A stretch of 64,000 nt of DNA from the human T2T-CHM13v2.0 reference genome, Homo sapiens: assembly GCF_009914755.1 (NCBI RefSeq), contig NC_060937.1. The stretch is one strand, 5' to 3'. The notes under the pieces are model-generated. The model made no database searches and was not told where the DNA came from. It saw only the letters and a list, made by a program, of their open reading frames with translations. Position numbers and translations under genes: made by a program. This document shows positions 13,868 to 27,610 of this stretch, piece by piece (the first letter of the stretch is position 1; every line of letters starts with the position of its first letter).

Positions 13868-15054
13868 TGAGTGTCCTCACAGCGCAGAGCTGCGTCTTCC
13901 CTGCAGCTGATGCTTTTCGTCCCGTTTGTGTCTTCCGCAGGCTAAGATGGTAAAGTGTGTGTGATTACTTGTGCCTTCCTTTCTTCAGCCAAAATCATTA
14001 ACGTGAACGTAGGAGTCCAGGTGGGTCTTAGCCTTGAAACACCAGGTGTCTAGCCAGCAGCAAGGAGTGGAGCAGGAAGCTCGGACAGGCGGCTGACTTT
14101 GGTCATGAGGGTGAAGACAGAGGGTCTTGGTTTCTCTCTGACGACTGGAGGTTGAGCCTGGAGCGGCTCTTTCCAGCGCTGCAGTTGAAACTCGGAGAAA
14201 GACTGCCTGCTGCCCGTGGGGTCGCAGCCCTGAGGCTGTGCGTCCCCTGTGGAATGGCTTGCTCAGCCTCCCGGCCTCCTGAGCACATAGCACTCATCGT
14301 CCGTCATCTTTCGGGGACTGTATACACCAGGGGTTCTGGGGCCTTTCCTCAGCAGCGTTCGCGGCCACGGACCCCACATGTCCTCTGCTGACCCCTGTGT
14401 GTCCTCTGTGGCCACCCCATGGCGCTGAATCCTGCCGCCTCCTGCAAGCCGACTTTGGACAAAAGCTGTGTCCGGTCTCACCGTCTGATTTGTCTTGTTC
14501 TCTGTTAATGTAGTGTTTCATTCTTCTCACATTCATACATAAAAGTGATGTCGTGCCTTCTCATGAGCTTTAAACCCAAGTTCTTTAAAATGTGCCTGCT
14601 TTTCCTACCCCACCCACTGGGCACGCTGACCCAAGGCAATGTGATTTCTGCTTTCGCCATGTAGAGATTGCTCTTGTCTGAGATGTCGGTGACCTGCCAG
14701 TTACCAAATCCAGCAAGCATTTTTGTCCTTATTTTATACAACATCTATACAATTTTGGACACCCTGTCCTTGTTGAAGCTCCCATTAATGCCATTTGCCC
14801 TTCTAACTTCCTCATGGAACTCCCAAACATCTCCTAGTAGGCATCCATGTGGTCTACGAGAAGGCAAACGCTGCACAGAAAAGACAGCCTGTGTTCCAGG
14901 AAAGAATGGAGATGATAAAAGTGATCATAGCAGATTATTTAGCATTTGCTCTGTGCAAGGGACTGTTTCCTACTAATGTATTTAATCCCTAGAGCAGCTC
15001 TGTGGCGTGGCCATTGTCACTCCTATTTTATACAAACTAAGGCACATAAGTTAA

Positions 15055-15420
<366 letters not shown>

Positions 15421-16274
15421 TAAACTCTTAATTTATAAACATAGTTTATACCATAACTGTCATACAAACTATAAACATTGTTTATAAAATAGAATAAATG
15501 ATACCACCTCCAGTCTACCACAAGTGGCTAAAAACCTGAACGTGAGCATCATTACAAGAAGAATCCTGGTTGAGGTGTGTGTGGGCAATGCATGGTGAGG
15601 AGATACTTTGTCCATCTCTGGGATGGGGAGGAGGGCTGAGGGTGAACCTTGGCCTGTGCTTTGAAGAATGAGCAAAGGTGGTCAGGCAGCTAAGAAAGAA
15701 AGAGTAGAAGGAAGCAGTAAGTTCAAAGCCGAGTATCTCCTGCTAGTGATGGCTAGGACGGCAGCATGACCAGAAGAAGCCTGTGTGGGGAGTGGGAGGT
15801 GGGGAGGGATAGAGCTGATGAGGGCCCTGAAGGGTTTTTCAGCTGAGGTTGATGTTTTAAAGAGAAGATCCCAGTGGCAGGGTAGAGAGTCACACAAGTG
15901 GAGACCTAAGCCTTCCTAAGCACTGGCTACCTGCCTGGCACTGCCCCAAGGGCTTCAGAGGCAGGAACTAATAACATTTGATCCCCATTTTAACAGTTCA
16001 GGAAGGAAAGGCACAGAGACATTAAGCTTCTCACCCAGGGTCACACAGCTAGCAAGTAGTAGGGCCAGGATTCAAACCCAGGCAGCTGCCTCGAGCCCAC
16101 AAGTCTGGCCACTGCACCTTCCTGCTCCAACTGTGGTGAAGTGCACAGAAGACCTGGTGTGCAGCACACGCGGGAGCAACAGGAGAGGCCCATGGTGATG
16201 TGGGCAGTCAAGGGAGGTGCACGTCTCCACCATTGAGGTGGCTCCCAGGGCCCTCTGCACACCTGTGTGGCACC

Positions 16275-16890
16275 CACCACTGCGGCTGCTGCCACCACTG
16301 CCACCATAATATTATTAATAATACTACCACCACCACCCGCCTACCACTGTTACTACTGCCACCACCACCACTACCATTACTGCTGCCACCACTACCCGCC
16401 CACCACCATTACTGTCACCACCACCCGCCCACCACCATTACTGTCACCACTACCCGCCCACCACCATTACTGTCACCACTACCTGCCCACCACCATTACT
16501 GTCACCACTACCCGCCCACCACCATTACTGCTGCCACCACTACCCGCCCACCACCATTACTGTCACCACTACCTGCCCACCACCATTACTGCTGCCACCA
16601 CTACCCGCCCACCACTATTACTGCTGCTGCCACCACCAGTATTACTGTCACCGCCACCACCGCTATTACTACTGCCACCACCACCTGTCCACCACCATTA
16701 CTGTCACCACTACCTGCCCACCACCATTACTGCTGCCACCACTACCCGCCCACCACTATTACTGCTGCTGCCACCACCAGTATTACTGTCACCGCCACCA
16801 CCGCTATTACTACTGCCACCACCACCTGTCCACCACTATATTACTGCTGCCACCACCACCACTATTACTATTACTGCCACCACCAGCACC
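16275..16890. repeat. C/A-rich VNTR: 29/32-bp units (CACCACCATTACTG[T|CTGC]CACCACTACCCGCC) plus a 141-bp higher-order duplication; CUL4A intron 5
   Basis: Units read directly ~16370-16610; 141-bp period shown by TGTCC at 16686 and 16827. Confidence 0.95.
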
Positions 16891-17626
16891 ACTCCTGCCC
16901 TGATGTGCCAATTCCGGATTTCTGGCTGGAGCCCAGCATCTGTATTTTTGGCCCCTCCTTAATGGCGTACTTGGCCACTGGGGACAGTAGGAGTGTTGAA
17001 GCAAAGCACAGAGCCCACAAGATGGGTTTTGTGGACAGCCACTGGCAGCTGAACCATCTTCCTAACATTCCTCAGGCCATGAGCTGAGGACTGCGATGAA
17101 CTCTGAAAGCTGTGCATCACCTTCTCTTCTCAGGGGAAAGCAGCAAACATTTGGTAGGAGAGCTCCCGGGGCTTGGAGAAGGGAAGCTGCTGGGACGTGC
17201 TCAGCAGAGGACACTGGGAAGAGAGTGTACCCTGAGGGCTGTTGGAGACGGTGGCGGGAGGGGCAGGTGGGGCAGGCAGGGTCGTGGTGCCCAACTGCCT
17301 GAGTGTCTGCCGTCGCTCAGCAGGAAGGTGGCGAGGACCCCGGGCTTCTGCCAGCAGCTTGTGTGATACCAGTTTTACTGTCAGTGGCATGCATGACCTA
17401 GCAGCGTCTCCAGGAACGTGGAGCAGCTCTGTTTAAGGAAGGAAATACAAGGCGCGCTAGACTGGCTGAGAAACAGAAGTTTTTAAAAGGAATTCTTGGC
17501 ACCTAGATGTAGAGAATTAGCAACTTCACATTTTTGGGATGATATTGAATAGCATAGCTGGAGATTCACCCATAACTTCTAAAAAGCGAAACTAAAATGT
17601 AGTCCTGTTTCTTACTGTCTATACAG

Positions 17627-17789
17627 GGATATGGGATTAGAACTGTTTAGAACCCATATTATTAGTGATAAAATGGTTCAGAGTAAAACCATTGATGGAA
17701 TCCTACTGCTGATCGAGCGCGAGAGGAGCGGCGAGGCCGTGGACCGGAGCCTGTTGCGGAGCCTCCTGGGCATGCTGTCTGACCTGCAG
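17627..17789 (+). CDS. CUL4A: Cullin-4A exon 6 (DMGLELFR...LLGMLSDLQ)
   Basis: tacag acceptor, GTGAGT donor; 163 nt; overlaps ORF 17631. Confidence 0.98.
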
Positions 17790-17976
17790 GTGAGTGCTGC
17801 CTGTGCGGAAGATACCTGGGTACCTGCCCAGCTACTTGCACCAGAATAAATGGTTGTACCAAAGATGTTAAACAATGAAATCATAAAGGCATTTGTTGAA
17901 GATAGGAGAGTCTTTAAAATCCCTAGAAGGGGAATAGCGCTCAAGCTAACACCACACCAGGTGCCACAAAAGAGAA

Positions 17977-18038
17977 GATAGATCAATATCACTACATAAA
18001 ATGCACGGATAGATCAATATCACTACATAAAATGCACG
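17977..18038. repeat. 31-bp perfect tandem duplication
   Basis: GATAGATCAATATCACTACATAAAATGCACG x2. Confidence 0.9.
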
Positions 18039-18346
18039 TTTTTCATGGAAAATATAAACAGAGACAAAGCCAGATGACACGCTGGGGGAAAATATTAGCA
18101 ACACACACAAAAGACAAAGGGCGAAGTTCTTTAGAGCAATAGGACCCCAAGGCACTATAGGAAGAGAACAGAGGAGGGCCTGCCCGGCCGTTTTGGGAAG
18201 GACAGTGCAGCCGGCCGGCTGGGTGGCCACAGGCGCCTCCAAGTTCAGGTCATGGCAGCCTGCCCCGTCAGAAACTGGGATGTGTTAGCACTTGTGAAGA
18301 TAGTTTCCTTTACTGAAATTGGTCAGTAACTCTGCTCGTTTCTTAG

Positions 18347-18436
18347 GTGTATAAAGATTCATTTGAACTGAAATTTTTGGAAGAGACTAATTGCTTATAT
18401 GCTGCCGAAGGCCAAAGGTTAATGCAGGAAAGAGAG
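18347..18436 (+). CDS. CUL4A: Cullin-4A exon 7 ([30 protein letters not shown])
   Basis: ttag / GTGAGA; 90 nt. Confidence 0.98.
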
Positions 18437-19512
18437 GTGAGATGATGGGATGTTTCCGAATCCCCTGGCTTCGTTTCTGCAGATGAGCACCTAGGAGGAC
18501 TTTCCTCATGTTTGCCTTTTCACACACATGCAAATGTTTCATTGAAAATCTTCTGAAAGCTGCAATCTTGCCAGAATCCCCAGTAATGAGCTTCGTTCTT
18601 AGTATACTAAGAATTTAGTTTATGTGAACTTAGAAACTATTGCACTCCCCCCACAAGTAAAAAGCTGTAAGATCATTTCTGAAATAATTAAAATAACTCA
18701 AATTTAAGCAAGATGATAAAAACATACATGAAAACTTAAAAATATAAATGTAAATGATAAAATTTTTCATTTGTGTGAAGCACTGCAAAAAATTTTCCCA
18801 AAAAAAGCTGTGCGAAAAAACATGTAGTAGTAATAGGAACCCAAAAAACTTAATCACCTTTCCAGATACCAGAGCAAAATCATAAAGGAACCTGCCCCAT
18901 AGACTGTCACCCAAATGGTGCGTGCTACTGCCAGAATGGACCTTAGCCATTGGTTCCTTCATTCTGGCTTTGCAGAGGAAGTTTCATGTCAGATACTGAG
19001 CCCAGCTGCAGCTACCCCAGCAGAGCCTCAGGCCTTTCCCGCACTGTCTTGGGAAACATGGGCGTACTTTGAGGTCTCCTGCAACCGTGTTGTTTGGTGT
19101 CCCCCAAATGAACAACCACCTTGTTGACTTGCTTTTGCTGACCCAGCTGTGCGGGGCAGGGTTGCCATTTAGCACCTCATCCTCCTACCAAGTGAGGCTC
19201 AGCTCCCTGTGGGCCCTGGGGATGGGAGGAGGGTGTGCACAGACCCCGAAACTTGGTGGTGCACAGGGACGAAAGAGAAGTGCAGCCTGGGCCCTGTTGT
19301 AGGATGGATGTTAATATCAGCGTCCTTTCTCCATGTCCCCCACACACATTTCCGTCCTACCTCTCCCTCCCTGTTAATCTGTGTTAATATTTGGCTTGAA
19401 TATGTATTCTGCTTTTTAAAAAAATTACATGTAAGGAAAACAAAATCTCAATTTCTTGGATAGTGTCGACATTCTTTTTGTTACTGATACATTTAATTGT
19501 TTTGTTTGTAAG

Positions 19513-19595
19513 GTTCCAGAATATCTTAACCATGTAAGTAAACGCTTAGAGGAAGAGGGAGACAGAGTAATCACTTACTTGGACCACAGCACACA
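19513..19595 (+). CDS. CUL4A: Cullin-4A exon 8 ([28 protein letters not shown])
   Basis: taag / GTAAGT; 83 nt. Confidence 0.98.
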
Positions 19596-20139
19596 GTAAG
19601 TACCGTTTGTTCGCTGAGCGTTCGTATCTTCACCATGGCTGGAAGGTTCTCCTGGCTGGTTATTGAAATAAAGGGTGTCTTTGTCAATTCATTCAGTACT
19701 AAGAGTGTTTTTGCACCTAGCATATTTTACTTTGTTATTTGTCATTATTTGGCATTCACAAATTACAGTTTTTACCCAGTGCCTTGTCATGAGTTACGTC
19801 TAAAGAGAGTAAATCTTGCTGAGATACTTGGCATCTTTGAGTTTTGAGACGGTCTATTTATGTTAATGGAGTATCACTGAATATTAGGTTATTTTGATTG
19901 TGCATTCTCTGTTACACATTTTATATCGCTTTAATTTTATTTATGGTGCTGTCACACAATTTTCTCTTTTCATCTTATGTTTTTTTCCTGCAAACCTGAG
20001 GTTGATGAGTAGCTAGGGAAACAAAAAGGGAGAGATTATGTGAGCGTGTGTGTCAGGCACAGTGTGTCCATATGATGGGAGGCAAGGACAGAGGCAGAGG
20101 GGACAGCAAGGGAGAGAAATGAAAATGATACAGTGTGCA

Positions 20140-20857
<718 letters not shown>

Positions 20858-21272
20858 TCACACACAGCTTCCCTGAGCCCTTTCTGCCTGTGTAGGAAGC
20901 AGAAGGCGGAATGTCGGCTCTGCCCTTCTCCGTAAGATGGTGCATTAAAACGTTCCTTATAAACTGGAAATGAAGGCTTGGGAAGATGGCTAAAATCAGC
21001 AATCCTTGGAATAACGCAGAAGCATCCCTGCTTCCCTGGGCCCGCCCGTGGGCCTGCTTGTGCTGTTCAGTAGGTGGTTTTTAGAAAGGGCTTCCTTCAG
21101 CGTCATTAGCAACAGGAGTCGTCGTCCGTTTGCATGAGGAAATGTTCTTAACCTTCCGTTTCTGATTGCCTCTAGACTGCATCTGTCATAGACAAATGCC
21201 CCCATCTTTTACAGAGAACCAGTCTCTTCTTTAAACTTTACTTCTAACGCTTATTCTTTTTACCTTATATAG

Positions 21273-21340
21273 GAAACCACTGATTGCTTGTGTGGAGAAA
21301 CAGCTATTAGGAGAACATTTAACAGCAATTCTGCAGAAAG
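21273..21340 (+). CDS. CUL4A: Cullin-4A exon 9 (KPLIACVEKQLLGEHLTAILQK-G)
   Basis: atag / GTAGAT; 68 nt. Confidence 0.98.
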
Positions 21341-22603
21341 GTAGATTTCCTAACTCTTGTGCAAATTAAACTGAACAATTATCCTTAGTTCATTAGGAAA
21401 GTAAAGGGGGCATTACAAATAGCAGTGTTAGGACGTTTGTTATTTTCATAAGACAGTCATTAAAAATCTTTTCTAATGAACATGTTAGCCATCCGCGGGA
21501 GAAAAAAAAATCAGTAAGAGAAATAATGGAAGGCACCTAGTGGAACTACATTCACTGCTAAAACCCCAGTGGCAGGAAGGCCCGGCAGACCTTCTGTACC
21601 ACACTCATGCTGAAACATGGGTGCAGTGAGCCTGTTGCAGCTCTCTGAGCAGACTCATTTCCTGTGTCCGGCCGTTCTTCATGCACACTCGGATGTAGGG
21701 GACTCGGGGAGCTGTTCGGGCTGTTAGATTTTCGTGAGGCTTCCCTCACCTGCGGACTTCGTGCATCTTAGTGTCAGATGAACTACCGACTAGGTGGTCT
21801 GCTTAAGCAGAGTATACTTTTCTCCTGGTTTTCTGGAAGAGAAGAGCATGTGTTCTAGTGCTGACGGCGCGGCCTTCACGTCCGCTTCTCCCCAAGTGGT
21901 GGCAGTACCTGGCCATAGGAAGGTGGCTTCTAGCAGCCTGCACCTTTAAAATTGATGCTGATGTCTTACCTCGATCTTTGTTTATTGCTGTTTTTTCTAG
22001 GCTTCAAAGTGTGCTGAATTCTATGAAAATTACAATGAGCAGTCTAACCTTTGTAACACTTTAGTACTTACTGGCACATTTCACTGTTACCATTTGAAAC
22101 AATGTTACCTTCTGAAAGTCATTTTAAATGTATTTGGAAAATACGAGACTTTTTTCAAGCCATTGGAAACCTTAAAGTTTAATTTTGAGAAGGCCCTAAA
22201 TGGTATTCAAATATATTCTGCTTTGGGTTCTACATTGTCAGATAATAGTATTATGGCTAATGAGATACTTAAGTGAAACCAGAATAAAACCAAAAGGGAG
22301 GAGAATTAACATGATTGAGCATCTCCTGTTACAAACAACTCCACTTGATGTGAATATCTTTTCAAGCAATTCTGTGAAATCATTATCCCCATTCTACAAA
22401 TAAGAAAACCAGGGCTTAAAACAGCCAGATGTTGGTGCCTGGAATCACATTGCTTGTGAGCTGAGAGTCACGGGTCCAATCTGGTTATGATGTTTCTGCT
22501 TATTCCACACTGAAACCTACACATCACCTATCCACCTAAAAACAAATGCATTCAGAATTTGTGTCAGGTGTTTTTATGAAAGGAGTCACTTTATAAGAAA
22601 AAA

Positions 22604-22900
22604 GGCCAGGCATAGTGGCCCATACCTGTGACATCAGCACTTTGGGAGGCCAAAGTATCACTTTGGATCACTTGAGCCCAAGAATTCACGACCAGCCTGG
22701 GCAACAAAGAGAGACCCTGTCTCTACCAAAAAAATAAAAATAAAATTTTTTTTTAAAGCCACAGGTGGTGCATGCCTAGGGTACCAGCTACTCAGGAGGG
22801 TGAGGTGGGAGGATCACTTTGGCCCAGGGGGTTAAGGCTACAAAACTACAAAAACCTGGGTGACAAAGCAAGAGACCTGTCTCAAAAAAAAAAGAGAAAA
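22604..22900 (+). mobile_element. Alu (AluJ-like), diverged
   Basis: Dimer with partial right-arm loss. Confidence 0.85.
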
Positions 22901-23882
22901 AAGATTTCAAGTAAATAGTAGAAATTTGCATAAATTGTTCCAGTGCATACTTTGTTAAGCAAAATTATTTAAAGAAAATGGTAAATTATATATGTAAAAG
23001 CTTACCCTAAATTTTATTAGAAATATTTTAAAAATTAAAAAGATACTTTTGAATTCTTAAGACATGGGTTTTAGTAAAATAAAGTATAAAAAGTTTGTGT
23101 CAGTAGATCAGAATGTAATTGAGAGAAATAAACATTTGGAGCTCTAGGTGAGGATTGTAATTATAGCCCCACCATGTGTTTGCGCACAGCTTTAAACCTC
23201 CTCGTTTGTGTGAACATCGTGCCCAGTGTAGGCAGAATCTGAGACTTTGTGAATTGTATGACTGTTCACCATTTTATGCTTTAACCTGGCTGCCTCTCAG
23301 TAGTTATCATAAAGCAAGTATTTAGAAAATCTATGAGAGTTTTTCTCATTGAGGTATGGTTTCAGAAAACCGTTATAAATATTAAAAATCTAAAACACTG
23401 AAAGCTTTTTTAAATGCTGTGTTAAACACTTCAAAATATCCGATGATGTTTTTCTCTTATAGTTTACTATAGGTGTGAATAAATTTAATCCACTATAAAT
23501 TAGATTTGATAGCTTGTCCTTTTACATTGTCTGGCCGATGGACTAAATCAGAAGTAGATTGAGAACATGAACCTCCCAGGTTAAATAGTTGGTGTAAACT
23601 GGATTTTCTGACTTGCTAACTTAAGTGAAATAAGAGGGCTTCAATGACATAAAGAAGTAAATAATACATCTTCCAACATACTCAGAGAAAATGAGGTTCA
23701 CCTAATAGGATCCATCTCACATATTTAACCAGATCAACCTGCTCATGTAGAGGCAGCGATGTGGAGACCCGCCCAATTTCTAAGCGGTGTATTGACGTTC
23801 TTCTGGTGCACGCTGTATTCTAGTTGAGTTGTTGTTAATGCTGCCCATGCTGTACTCTGCTGACGTGTACTGCACATCTCAG

Positions 23883-24001
23883 GGCTCGACCACTTACTGG
23901 ATGAGAACAGAGTGCCGGACCTCGCACAGATGTACCAGCTGTTCAGCCGGGTGAGGGGCGGGCAGCAGGCGCTGCTGCAGCACTGGAGCGAGTACATCAA
24001 G
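23883..24001 (+). CDS. CUL4A: Cullin-4A exon 10 ([10 protein letters not shown]...QHWSEYIK)
   Basis: ctcag / GTACTG; 119 nt. Confidence 0.98.
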
Positions 24002-24609
24002 GTACTGGCGGGGTTTTGAGGCCGCGGGCGTGGGCATTCCCTGCAGGGAGCAGAGCCCCTCCTGAGAACGCCTAGTGTGCCCTGGCAAAGGGAACTGGGC
24101 TGCTGGAGGGCCCGTCTGCATTTTCATCACAGATGATAGGGTGGACAGTAGGCTTCCATCTGCTTCCCAATCACCAGTGTGAATTTGCTTTTTAGGATAA
24201 CACCAGCAGTGATTAGCACCATCAAGGTAGAAAGTATAACTTAAAGAACAACTGTTTTGCTCTTCTTCATCAGCATAAATATTGGTTTAATTCTAAATCA
24301 TGATTTTTCCTAAAGTAATCATTTTTGTAAATCTGCTTGTCAGACATGATCTCCTCATGCCCTTTCCTCAGGGAGAACTATTATATATTTGGCATATCAG
24401 TTTGCTTTATAAACTTTATTTCTTAACGGTCCAAATTTAGGATTTATTACTTAAACTTTCACTTTCATGTTTCGAAAGCATTTCTTTGGCATCCCTAACA
24501 AGCCCAGTCCAACCCGTCGTAGAGTGGCTTCTTGGGCAGTACCCTGAGTTTTCACATGTCCTGTGCAGGAGAACGGCCCTTTGGTGCTGACATAGGACCT
24601 CCCTGAAGA

Positions 24610-24810
24610 CTAGGGGCTCTCGGCCCAGGGCACCACCCCACCAAGGGGACATTTGTTGATGTCTGGAGACATTTGTGGCTGTCTGAACAGAGAGGGTGCG
24701 GCTTGCTTTGCTGGGCAGCACCAGGGGTGCTGCTGAATGCACAAGGCAGCCCTCACCACAAAGAATCACCTGCCCAGAGGGCCAGAGTTGCCCAGCCCAA
24801 GAAACCTGCT
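24610..24810. mobile_element. MER20-like hAT DNA transposon
   Basis: GGGGACATTTGTTGATGTCTGGAGACATTTG..GCAGCCCTCACCACAAAGAATCACCTGCCC. Confidence 0.75.
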
Positions 24811-25019
24811 GAAGACCCTCTAATGAGAAGCCATTCTCCAGATGCCCCTCACAGAAACAGGAGAACTGAGGCAGACATCAGGGCCCCTTCACAGATAGCT
24901 CGTGTTTTCAGGATGTGCCAGTTGCCTAGCATGAATTTTCCAGCTTAAATGGTGAACATTTAGCAAAAGTCTGTGTTTTTGCTTGCTGGTGACTATTCTT
25001 AAATCCCATAATGAAAAGA

Positions 25020-25455
25020 TAAACAAAATTTCCAGAGAATTACACTAAGAGGAAAAAAAGAAAAGCCAATCACAGATACTTAACGTGTTATTGCATAACA
25101 TTTTGGAAATGACAAAATTTAGAAATGGAGGATAGATGAAAAGTTACCAGGGTGTAGGGATGGGGCAGGGTGTGTGGTTATAAAAGGCCCCAGGAGGTAG
25201 CCTTCTGCGGGAACAGTCGGGGTTTCGGCCGAGGTCTAGATGTGCACACCCAGATGAGTTACGAGTAAACTGGGCCATGTGAAAAAGACGGGTGCGCTGC
25301 CATGTCAGTACCCCAGCTGAGACACTGTTGTGTAGTTTCGCAAACCGTTGCCATTGGAGGAAACTGTGGAAATAAAGACACTGGGATTGCTTTGCTATTT
25401 TTACTATTATGCAAATCTGTCATTATCTGAATAAAGATTTCCGTTAAATAAAAAA
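25020..25455 (+). mobile_element. Old L1 3' end fragment (L1M)
   Basis: GCATAACATTTTGGAAATGACAAAATT..AGTTACCAGGG..GTTGCCATTGGAGGAAACTG..A-rich end; by eye. Confidence 0.6.
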
Positions 25456-25961
25456 GATAAAGCTTACATGCTGCTTTATGGAATAATCAGACCTGAAGTC
25501 ATGTATCAGTCCAGCTGTGGAAAGCCAGCACTCACAGCACCCCTCCCCACAAGGTCTCGTACAATGATAGAATTGGAACTTATAACTGAGTCACACTAAA
25601 TTGGCCATAAAGCTACTGAAGATTTAGGTTTTTTGCCAGTGAGACAGTCTTCAGGGGATGGGAATGTGTGCTAAAAACTAGGAAAAGTTCACCTTTGCAG
25701 TTTCCAGTCTGGGTAATAAAAATCAGTGAGTGACCATCACCCCTGAGTGTCAGCAATAAGTAGTTATACTGTAACAAAATAGTAGTTTATATTCAACTCC
25801 ACATGCCGTTATCAAAATAAAGCTGGGCCTTGTAGTGTATGTGCATTATTTCAAAATGCAGTTAGCACCAAAGGGTGTAGAGTAAGAGGTAAGTCCCTCC
25901 CACACCTGCTAGCCACACACCGCCCCTCTCTGGGAGAGTCTGTGCCCTTTCTGTTGGCATC

Positions 25962-26262
25962 TTTTTTTTTTTTTTTTTTTTTGAGGTGGAGTCTCACTCT
26001 GTCATCCAGGCTGGAGTGTAGTGGCGTGATCTCAGCTCACTGCAACCTCTGCCTCCTGGGTTCAAGCAGTTCCCTGCCTCAGCCTCCTGAGTAGCTGGGA
26101 TTACAGGCTCCCGCCACCACACCTGGCCAATTTTTGTATTTTTAGTAGAGATGGGGTTTCACCATATTGTCCAAGCTGGTCTTGGAACTCCAGACCTTGT
26201 GATCCACCCGCCTTAGCCTCCCAAAGTGCTGGGATTACAAGCGTGAGCCACTGCGCCCAGCC
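25962..26262 (-). mobile_element. Alu (AluS-like)
   Basis: Poly-T then reverse Alu; TSD TTCT(G/C)TTGGCATCTTT. Confidence 0.95.
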
Positions 26263-26483
26263 TTCTCTTGGCATCTTTCCACCAGCCAGCTACCTCGCGT
26301 GTGTGTGTGATGTGTGAGTGCACATGTGCATTCTATTGAGACGAATTTTTTAAATCCAATCATTGTATTCAGTTCCTCTTCGGCATATATAGTTTATATC
26401 ATCAAATGTTAACTGTTTATTAGTGCCCTACACAGACTTTTAGGAATGTTTAATATAACAGTTTTAAATTAAAAATACAAACT

Positions 26484-26730
26484 AGGCTAGGCACAGTGGC
26501 TCACGCTTGTAATCCCACCACTTTGGGAGGCCAAGGCAGGCAGATCATGAAGTCAAGAGATCAAGACCATCCTGGCCAACATGGTGAAACCCCGTCTCTA
26601 GCTGGGCGTGGTGGTGTGCACCTGTAGTCCCAGCTACATGGGAGGCGGAGGTTGCAGTGAGCCGAGATCACGCCACTGCACTCCAGCCTGGTGACAAAGC
26701 GAGAGTCCATCTCAAAACAAAAAAAAAAAA
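26484..26730 (+). mobile_element. Alu (AluSc-like) with internal deletions
   Basis: Lacks middle A-rich linker; TSD-like TACAAACTA. Confidence 0.9.
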
Positions 26731-26959
26731 GTACAAACTAAAAAAGTGAGCTTTTCATGGTTAGAAGTGATGGAGAAGGAAAACTAGCCAAGAAGTCCCA
26801 AGAGGTATATTGAATTAATAGGAATTAACTTGTCTTGGAGGAACTTACACATAAACATTCTTTAAAAAGCAACGGACATTTTCCAGTCGTTTGTAAGTTC
26901 TCTCAGAAACAGAATCGTAAGACCAATGCATTAATTGTGTATTTAATTGTATATTCACA

Positions 26960-27243
26960 CCAAGCACAGGGGCTCATGCCTGTAAACCCAGCACTTTGGG
27001 AAATCACAGTGGGAGGATTGCTTGAGGCCAGGAGTTCGAGACCAGCCTGGGCAACATGACCCCGTCTCTACAAAACTTTAAAAAGATGGGCCAGATGTGG
27101 TGGCCTGAGCCTGTAGCACCAGCTACTCAGGAGGCTGAGGTGGGAGGATTGCTTGAGCTTGGGAGGTTGAGGCTGCAGTGAACCGTGATTGCACCACCGC
27201 ACTCCAGCCTCGGCCGCAGAGTGAGGGCCTGCCTCAAAAAAAA
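26960..27243 (+). mobile_element. Alu (AluJ-like)
   Basis: Dimer with GGAGGATTGCTTGAG motifs. Confidence 0.9.
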
Positions 27244-27417
27244 GTGTATTCACTTAATTTTTGAAATGTGAATTCAATTTGTGAAACTTTTAAAGTTATT
27301 GAGTATTTACTACTAAGAGTAATTTATGTTAAACTATCCTGATTATATGATAGCAGGAGAAGATACTGTTTGCTATTGTAAACATGTTGCTGAGTTGGTA
27401 TTGATTTGCTTTTGTAG

Positions 27418-27610
27418 ACTTTTGGAACAGCGATCGTAATCAATCCTGAGAAAGACAAAGACATGGTCCAAGACCTGTTGGACTTCAAGGACAAGGTGGA
27501 CCACGTGATCGAGGTCTGCTTCCAGAAGAATGAGCGGTTCGTCAACCTGATGAAGGAGTCCTTTGAGACGTTCATCAACAAGAGACCCAACAAGCCTGCA
27601 GAACTGATCG
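27418..27610 (+). CDS. CUL4A: Cullin-4A exon 11 ([17 protein letters not shown]...NKPAELI-A)
   Basis: tgtag / GTAGAA; 193 nt; ORF 27463. Confidence 0.98.

Noticed and set aside
16200-17087. 295-aa and 231-aa His/Pro/Thr-rich ORFs
   Set aside because: The repeat lacks stop codons on the + strand and the 29-bp period cycles through frames; no coding-gene structure
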